Assembly: GCF_900167395.1 (NCBI RefSeq)
Contig: NZ_FUWK01000003.1
Location: 120,001 to 152,000 of the forward strand
DNA: 32,000 bases
DNA from: Nitrosomonas europaea
GTDB lineage: Bacteria > Pseudomonadota > Gammaproteobacteria > Burkholderiales > Nitrosomonadaceae
Direction: 5' to 3'
Shown: positions 26,881 through 32,000 of the stretch, piece by piece
How positions within the stretch are numbered: the first letter of the stretch is position 1
Layout: every line of letters starts with the position of its first letter
Translations under genes and position numbers: made by a program
The notes under the pieces: model-generated
Databases searched by the model: none
Seen by the model: only the letters and a program-made list of their open reading frames with translations
What the model was told of the DNA's origin: nothing

Positions 26881-27672
26881 ATGGCTATGGCTGAAGCTCG
26901 AAATCCGCTGCTTGTTTCCTTTGCTGTCTGGAAGGCGATTTTTCTGCGTGAAGCACTCGACCGGCTGTTCGATATGCGGGCTGCATGGTTCTGGCTGCTG
27001 GTCGAACCCGTTCTGCACATCGGCTTCCTGGTTTTCATCTTTACCGTCATTCGTATGCGTACGGTTGGCAATGCCGATGTCGCGGTATGGATCATCGTCG
27101 GTATGCTGGCGTTCTTTCTGTTCCGGCGGACAGCAGTTCAGGTGACCTATGCGGTCGATTCCAACCGGCCCTTGTTCACTTATCGCCAGGTCAAACCGTT
27201 TGATCCGGTCCTTGCGCGTGCGGTGCTGGAAGCTTTTCTGATGTCGATTATTTCGATCATCATAATAGGTACCGCGATCCTGCTGGGTCACGAAGCATGG
27301 CCATACGATGCTTTACTGGTTTTGCAGGCCAACTTCGGGCTGTGGCTGTTTGGTATTGGCTATGGTCTGGTTGCATCGGTATTGATGGAGCTTGTCCCGG
27401 AAATGGAACATGTCCTCAAGATTCTGATGCTGCCGCTGTACCTGATTTCCGGCGTCATCTTGCCTTTGGCTGCCATACCCCAGCCTTATCTCGATCTGTT
27501 GCTGCTGAATCCGATTGCACATGGGCTTGAACTGGCGCGTGCAGGCTTTTTTCCCTACTACCACACCGTGCCGGGCCTCAGCATGGAATATCTTTATGCA
27601 TGGGGTATCTCCGGCATATTTCTCGGTTTGATACTGTACCGCCGCTTTGCTTTACAGCTGGTGATGAGGTGA
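26881..27672 (+). CDS. kpsM: capsule-type ABC-2 transporter permease (KpsM/CtrC family)
   Basis: 263 aa, collinear with E. coli KpsM as I recall it: ...FLREALDRLFDMRAAWFWLLVEPVLHIGFLV..., ...LFTYRQVKPFDPVLARAVLE..., ...LLLLNPIAHGLELAR...; six hydrophobic segments. Confidence 0.92.
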   Translation: MAMAEARNPLLVSFAVWKAIFLREALDRLFDMRAAWFWLLVEPVLHIGFLVFIFTVIRMRTVGNADVAVWIIVGMLAFFLFRRTAVQVTYAVDSNRPLFTYRQVKPFDPVLARAVLEAFLMSIISIIIIGTAILLGHEAWPYDALLVLQANFGLWLFGIGYGLVASVLMELVPEMEHVLKILMLPLYLISGVILPLAAIPQPYLDLLLLNPIAHGLELARAGFFPYYHTVPGLSMEYLYAWGISGIFLGLILYRRFALQLVMR

Positions 27673-27748
27673 ATACGAAAATGGAAATAAAGTTGAAAAT
27701 TGTCATGATGTTAAGGCAACAAACAAGCGGTCAACTGGGGTTTTCAGG

Positions 27749-28411
27749 ATGATTGTTATCGAAGATGTATATAAGCGCTATAAAACAGACCATGGCCCTG
27801 GTAAATGGATATTACAAGGCGTCAATCTGACGATTCCGCGTAATGTCAATGTCGGTCTGATCGGTTCAAATGGCGCGGGCAAATCTACCTTGCTGCGTAT
27901 CATCGGCGGTATCGATCACCCTAATAAAGGAAAAGTGGAACGTCGCTGCCGGCTTTCCTGGCCAATGGGGCAGGGTGGACTGGAACCGACGCTGACCGGA
28001 CGGCAGAATGCCAAATTCGTTTGCCGGTTGCATGGCCACCAGGATGATCTTCCTGAACGGCTGATATTCATACAGGATTTTTCCGGACTGAAAGATGCTT
28101 TCGATGAGCCGGTGAACACCTACTCATCCGGGATGCGCTCGCGCCTGCAGTTTGCAATGTCACTTGCGTTCGATTTCGATATTTATATTTCTGATGAAGT
28201 GACTGCTGCAGGGGATGCCGCTTTTCGTGACAAGGCAGCCGCCGCTTTCAAAGGGATGACCAATCGCGCCGGACTGATCATGGTCGCTCACAGCGAAAGC
28301 ACACTCAGGCAATTTTGTGAGGCCGGTATTTTGCTTTATCAGGGTAAAGCGCAGTGGTTCGACAAAATCGAGGAAGCCTTCAAAGCGTATAAGGACACCG
28401 TACAAAAATGA
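27749..28411 (+). CDS. kpsT: capsule-type ABC transporter ATP-binding protein (KpsT/CtrD family)
   Basis: MIVIEDVYKRYKT..., Walker A GSNGAGKSTLLRIIGGID, KpsT-type signature YSSGMRSRLQFAMSLAF, Walker B IYISDEVTAAGD, H-loop MVAHS. The length (220 aa) matches KpsT. Confidence 0.93.
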   Translation: MIVIEDVYKRYKTDHGPGKWILQGVNLTIPRNVNVGLIGSNGAGKSTLLRIIGGIDHPNKGKVERRCRLSWPMGQGGLEPTLTGRQNAKFVCRLHGHQDDLPERLIFIQDFSGLKDAFDEPVNTYSSGMRSRLQFAMSLAFDFDIYISDEVTAAGDAAFRDKAAAAFKGMTNRAGLIMVAHSESTLRQFCEAGILLYQGKAQWFDKIEEAFKAYKDTVQK

Positions 28412-29574
28412 CGCAACTCCAGCAAAGTGTAATTGAATCTCAGCCAGGCAAACTAAGTGATTATCTCGGACATACCAGGAGAAATCGGTTTTCCATACGG
28501 CTGTTTTCGGGCCTGATAGGGTTCATTCTGGTATTGGCTGTCATGGCCACCGGTTACTGGCTGGTTTTTGCCTCCGATCGCTATGTTTCGGAAGCAAGCG
28601 TGATCATTCGTAAAACGGACTCAGTGACTGCCCCCAGCTTTGATCTGTCCATGCTGATTGCCGGTGTGGCCGGAGTGAACCGTGCGGATCAGTTATTATT
28701 GCGGGAATATCTGCTTTCAGTGGATATGCTCAAAAAACTCGATACAGAGCTCGATTTACATGCGCACTACAGTGATGAGCACTATGATCTTCTTTCACGC
28801 ATGTGGCTGAAGGATATGGAATGGTTTCATCGCCATTATCTTTCACGGGTTTCAATCGAATACGATGATTATGCCGGCGTGCTCCGGATCAACGCCCAGG
28901 CTTATGATCCTGAAATAGCACGTGCTATTTCAAACCTGCTGGTACGCGAGGGTGAGCGTTACATGAACCAGATCAGCCATGAACTGGCAGAAACACAGGT
29001 CAGCTTCCTGACTACCCAGGTGAATCTGGCTCAACTGCGCTTCCAGCAGGTCAGACAGAAATTACTGGCCTATCAGAACAAGAAAGGGCTGCTTTCACCC
29101 CAGGCAACCGTGGAGAGCCTCAATACCCTCATTGCCAAACTGGAGGAGCAGCGTGCTCAGCTCAAAACGCAGCTGGCATCTTTACCCAGGACGCTGGATC
29201 GTAACCACCCCAATTTGGTAATGCTCAGGCAATCCCTGGCGGCCATCGATCGGCAGATTACCGATGAAAAAGCAAAACTTGCCAATCCCACAGGAAAAAC
29301 CCTGAATATCACGATGGAAGAATTCCAGCGGCTGGAAATGGAAGTTACCTTTGCGCAAGAACTTTATAAAGCGGCGCTCACTGCACTGGAAAAAGGCAGG
29401 ATCGATGCCACACGCATGCTGGATAAAGTTTCCGTACTGCAGGCACCCACCCTTCCTGAATATCCGATGGAGCCCCGGCGTATCTATAACACCCTGGTTA
29501 CACTGCTGTTTGCACTGATGCTGGCTGGAATCCTGAAGCTGCTGGAAGGCATCATACTCGACCATGTAGATTGA
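28408..29574 (+). CDS. kpsE: capsule export inner-membrane/periplasmic adaptor (KpsE/CtrB, PCP-3 family)
   Basis: 388 aa. N-terminal TM (LIGFILVLAVMATGYWLVF) followed by DRYVSEASVIIRK, SIEYDDYAGVLRINAQAYDPEIA, a coiled-coil middle, and a C-terminal hydrophobic helix ending ...LKLLEGIILDHVD, collinear with E. coli KpsE as I recall it. The ATG overlaps the kpsT TGA (ATGA at 28408..28411). Confidence 0.88.
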   Translation: MTQLQQSVIESQPGKLSDYLGHTRRNRFSIRLFSGLIGFILVLAVMATGYWLVFASDRYVSEASVIIRKTDSVTAPSFDLSMLIAGVAGVNRADQLLLREYLLSVDMLKKLDTELDLHAHYSDEHYDLLSRMWLKDMEWFHRHYLSRVSIEYDDYAGVLRINAQAYDPEIARAISNLLVREGERYMNQISHELAETQVSFLTTQVNLAQLRFQQVRQKLLAYQNKKGLLSPQATVESLNTLIAKLEEQRAQLKTQLASLPRTLDRNHPNLVMLRQSLAAIDRQITDEKAKLANPTGKTLNITMEEFQRLEMEVTFAQELYKAALTALEKGRIDATRMLDKVSVLQAPTLPEYPMEPRRIYNTLVTLLFALMLAGILKLLEGIILDHVD

Positions 29575-29630
29575 CGGGTTGCGTGACAAGCTCAATCAGG
29601 GAGCATCTGAAAAACGTCGGCGAGGCAGTC

Positions 29631-29796
29631 AGTTCAAGGCAAAAATCGGTGATGCAAGCAAAGCGTAGCGAACAGCCGTAAGGCTGGCCCGTAGGGCGAG
29701 GCGCTGGCGCCGAGTAAAAAGCGGAGTTTATATGTAATAAATGAGCATTTTGAGCTGATTTTTAACGCAGAAATGGCAACACAGGTAGTTTTTCAG
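29631..29796. repeat. intergenic repeat, copy A (upstream of galU); carries a 64-nt GC-rich insertion relative to copy B
   Basis: Blocks shared with copy B:
- AGtTCAAgGCAAAAaTCgGtG;
- GGAGTTTATA;
- ATAAATGAGCATTTTGAGC (19/19);
- CGCAGAAAT;
- GCAA.ACAG;
- GTTTTTCAG.
Positions 29652..29715 have no counterpart in copy B and contain a CAGCC-GTAA-GGCTG hairpin (29673..29686). A perfect 10-bp hairpin (CAGAGATTCC tcag GGAATCTCTG, 29794..29817) abuts the 3' end. Confidence 0.8.
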
Positions 29797-29924
29797 AGAT
29801 TCCTCAGGGAATCTCTGATCAGCCCCTCCGTGAGACGCGATATAGTAGACAGGTTTATATGTGAGATTTGTTTGGAGGATATGTAAGTTGTTTTTACAAC
29901 TGGTTTTCTGGAAAAGGGGGATGC

Positions 29925-30815
29925 ATGAAAATTCGTAAAGCGGTTTTTCCGGTGGCGGGGCTGGGTACTCGTTTTTTACCAGCCACCAAGGCCAGCCCCA
30001 AGGAGATGCTGCCGGTGGTGGATAAGCCACTCATACAATATGCTGTGGAAGAAGCCTGGGCTGCTGGTATTACCGAAATGATATTCGTCACGGGTCGCAG
30101 CAAGCGCAGCATTGAAGATCATTTTGATAAAGCGTATGAGCTGGAATCCGAGCTGGAGCGCCGGGGAAAAACCGAGATGCTGCAGTACGTGCGCAATCTG
30201 TTGCCCGACGATATGAAGTGTGTGTATATCCGCCAGTCTGAAGCACTGGGTCTGGGCCACGCGGTGCTATGCGCCCAGCCGGCGGTGGGTGATGAACCTT
30301 TTGCTGTGTTACTGGCTGACGATTTACTTGAAGGTGACCCTGTCGTGATACGCCAGATGGTGGATGTGTACGAGTACTACAAGTGCTCGGTGCTGGGTGT
30401 GCAGCAGGTGCCGCGTGAAGATACGCGCAGCTATGGCATAGTGGCCAGCCAGCCGATTCGTGATGATCTGGAAGCAGTACAGTTCATTGTGGAAAAACCT
30501 GATCCGGAAGAGGCTCCTTCCACCATGGCAGTGGTTGGACGTTATGTACTCACCCCGCGCATTTTCCATCACCTGATACGGTTGGGCAAAGGCACCGGGA
30601 GCGAGATACAGTTGACCGACGGTATTGCTGCGTTGATGCAGGAAGAGCAGGTGCTGGCCTATCGTTACAAAGGCCAGCGTTACGACTGTGGCAGCAAGAT
30701 AGGCTATTTGGAAGCCACCTTGGCTATGGCGCGTAAGCACCCTGAAGTGGGGGCGCAGTTTGAACAGCTGTTACAGTCGTTTCAGCACCAGGGAAACTCT
30801 GAAGAACGTCAGTGA
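29925..30815 (+). CDS. galU: UTP--glucose-1-phosphate uridylyltransferase
   Basis: [68 protein letters not shown]...LLADD...VEKP...GRYVL is the canonical GalU N-terminus and motif set. Start at the internal Met of ORF 29868..30815. Confidence 0.95.
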   Translation: MKIRKAVFPVAGLGTRFLPATKASPKEMLPVVDKPLIQYAVEEAWAAGITEMIFVTGRSKRSIEDHFDKAYELESELERRGKTEMLQYVRNLLPDDMKCVYIRQSEALGLGHAVLCAQPAVGDEPFAVLLADDLLEGDPVVIRQMVDVYEYYKCSVLGVQQVPREDTRSYGIVASQPIRDDLEAVQFIVEKPDPEEAPSTMAVVGRYVLTPRIFHHLIRLGKGTGSEIQLTDGIAALMQEEQVLAYRYKGQRYDCGSKIGYLEATLAMARKHPEVGAQFEQLLQSFQHQGNSEERQ

Positions 30816-30822
30816 AGTAATC

Positions 30823-30928
30823 AGCTCAAAGCAAAAGTCTGCGAGAAAGTGGAGTTTATACGACGTGATAAATGAGCATTTTGAGCGTAACTTCCAGCGC
30901 AGAAATAGCAATACAGATGGTTTTTCAG
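30823..30928. repeat. intergenic repeat, copy B (downstream of galU), same orientation as copy A
   Basis: AGcTCAAaGCAAAAgTCtGcG...GGAGTTTATAcgacgtgATAAATGAGCATTTTGAGCgtaacttccagCGCAGAAATaGCAAtACAGatgGTTTTTCAG. Aligned by eye to 29631..29796. The left arm matches at 16/21 and the core blocks are identical. Confidence 0.8.
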
Positions 30929-31126
30929 GTGCCATGGCAGCGTGCGTTTTATCCTTTTGGTTTTCGCCTTTCCCAGCGATTTTTTTGTCCGACGGGATCT
31001 CACAGAGTGGCCTGATAAAAAATGAAAGCTGTAAATAGCGGGAGAATATATTGCTATTTCAACAATAACTGATATGAGAAGTTATGCGAAATTACCCGTT
31101 TGTACAAAATCGTTAAAGGATGAATG

Positions 31127-31339
31127 ATGTTTTTGCTGTTCACTAACGAGATCATTGAACGTATCAGCAATGTTTTACTTCTTTATCTGGTAACTTCAAC
31201 CGTCGTTGATGAAGTAGTGCCTGGATCGGCTGCGACGTGGAGAAAAAAGTTATATCTCATCTTTTCCCTCATTTTTTACTACAGTATCTGGGTGAGCACG
31301 CTAAAGAAATTACAGGCCATAGGGAAAAGACGTTATTAG
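31127..31339 (+). CDS. hypothetical small membrane protein (weakly supported)
   Basis: ORF of ~70 aa in AT-rich DNA. AAGGA at 31116..31120 lies 6 nt before the ATG at 31127 (an alternative ATG is at 31124). Two hydrophobic stretches (NVLLLYLVTSTVV, LYLIFSLIFYYSIWV). I recognise no family, and overlapping alternative ORFs exist. Confidence 0.25.
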   Translation: MFLLFTNEIIERISNVLLLYLVTSTVVDEVVPGSAATWRKKLYLIFSLIFYYSIWVSTLKKLQAIGKRRY

Positions 31340-31735
31340 CATGGCTTGTCTTGCATGAGCCGGTCTTTAGAAAAACGTTGATTAAATCAATAAATATCAT
31401 TAATGATGCATCGCGACAGGTTGCCATAGGCGTAGGCGCTCCCCGGAAAGAAATCAGAATCAACCACTTGAATTAATTCTGGAATACTCATCGACACCAA
31501 CAGCTGCTATTACGCTCTGGCAGGATCAAACGCGGGCGGCGCGGCACAACTGCTCTCGTCAGAATAAAGTTGCAAGCCTATCAGAAGACTGTGGTCTGCC
31601 CTCCATTTACTATTTACCAGAAATAACGGGAAGAAATTATCGAAGTACAGCAGGATAAAATTACTACGCAGATTTAGAGCGATCCAGAGAAGAAATTATA
31701 GAGTCCTGCTTAGAACAAGAAGAAAACCTTCTTCT

Positions 31736-32000
31736 ATGTTGGATAGCAACAAAGGCACTTCCAAAGTCATTGTTGCTCCAAAAATTTTTGATATAAACAA
31801 AAATGAAAACCGTGGAAATTTAACAATATTTCTTGGGAAGCTGAGAAAATATTTCACACATAATGGATCACATGAAATAACTATCGATTTTACACAAACA
31901 GAGAAATTTATTGCTGCGGGAACTCTGTTATTTTATTCAGAATTAGCTTATTTAAAGCAGTTTATAAATAACGAAACAAGGCTCAGGTATATACCTCCAA
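31736..32000 (+). CDS. hypothetical protein, 5' part (open to the right edge of the window)
   Basis: Absent from the ORF track because it has no stop. My translation from the ATG at 31736 is open for 88 codons to the window end: MLDSNKGTSKVIVAPKIFDINKNENRGNLTIFLGKLRKYFTHNGSHEITIDFTQTEKFIAAGTLLFYSELAYLKQFINNETRLRYIPP. All three minus-strand frames at the window end hit stops within ~50 nt. No convincing SD, and the start is uncertain because the frame is open from 31568. Confidence 0.35.
   Translation, partial: MLDSNKGTSKVIVAPKIFDINKNENRGNLTIFLGKLRKYFTHNGSHEITIDFTQTEKFIAAGTLLFYSELAYLKQFINNETRLRYIPP

Noticed and set aside
29794-29817. Perfect 10-bp hairpin after repeat copy A as an intrinsic terminator of the export operon.
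   Set aside because: No T-run follows it on the plus strand (ATCAGCCCC), and only A-rich sequence follows on the minus strand. It also lies 220 nt past the kpsE stop. It is more likely part of the repeat element's own structure.
29728-30030. 100-aa minus-strand ORF and 92-aa plus-strand ORF (30760..31038) overlapping the repeat copies.
   Set aside because: The two copies of the conserved repeat fall in ORFs on opposite strands and different frames, and the first ORF overlaps the genuine galU start. The conservation is therefore at the nucleotide level, not coding.

Overview
The window looks like a chromosomal segment of a Gram-negative, proteobacterium-like genome, about half G+C by eye and dropping to about one third G+C after ~30.9 kb. 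I recognised no rRNA, tRNA, CRISPR array, transposase or integrase.

Left third (1-5.1 kb), housekeeping genes:
- an FtsX-type ABC permease (runs off the left edge; absent from the ORF track) with its ATPase;
- a DUF488 gene;
- a tight ispF-thpR-tsaB-rimI-UDG(family 4) string.

Middle (5.1-16.3 kb):
- a translationally coupled pair on the minus strand, a soluble multi-PAS chemoreceptor followed by a three-CheW-domain scaffold. The receptor is split by a 1-nt indel in an A4 run;
- a FadL/TodX-family outer-membrane channel gene carrying a single in-frame TAG;
- sbcC and sbcD, separated by a 1.4-kb opposite-strand insert holding a small lipoprotein gene (own promoter and terminator) and a dienelactone-hydrolase-family gene.

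Right half (16.7-29.6 kb), the main candidate for a novel system: one co-directional, tightly packed block.
- It starts with a 2544-aa single-module, fully reducing, FAS-like type I PKS (KS-AT-DH-MT-like-ER-KR-ACP, no thioesterase).
- An alpha-oxoamine synthase (BioF/serine-palmitoyltransferase family) follows, joined by an ATGA overlap.
- Then come an OPX lipoprotein, KpsM, KpsT and KpsE.
- This is a polyketide/amino-lipid pathway wired directly to a capsule-type ABC export machine. No glycosyltransferase or KpsS/KpsC is in view.

Right end: galU, bracketed by ~100-bp direct repeats, then an AT-rich tail with poorly supported ORFs.
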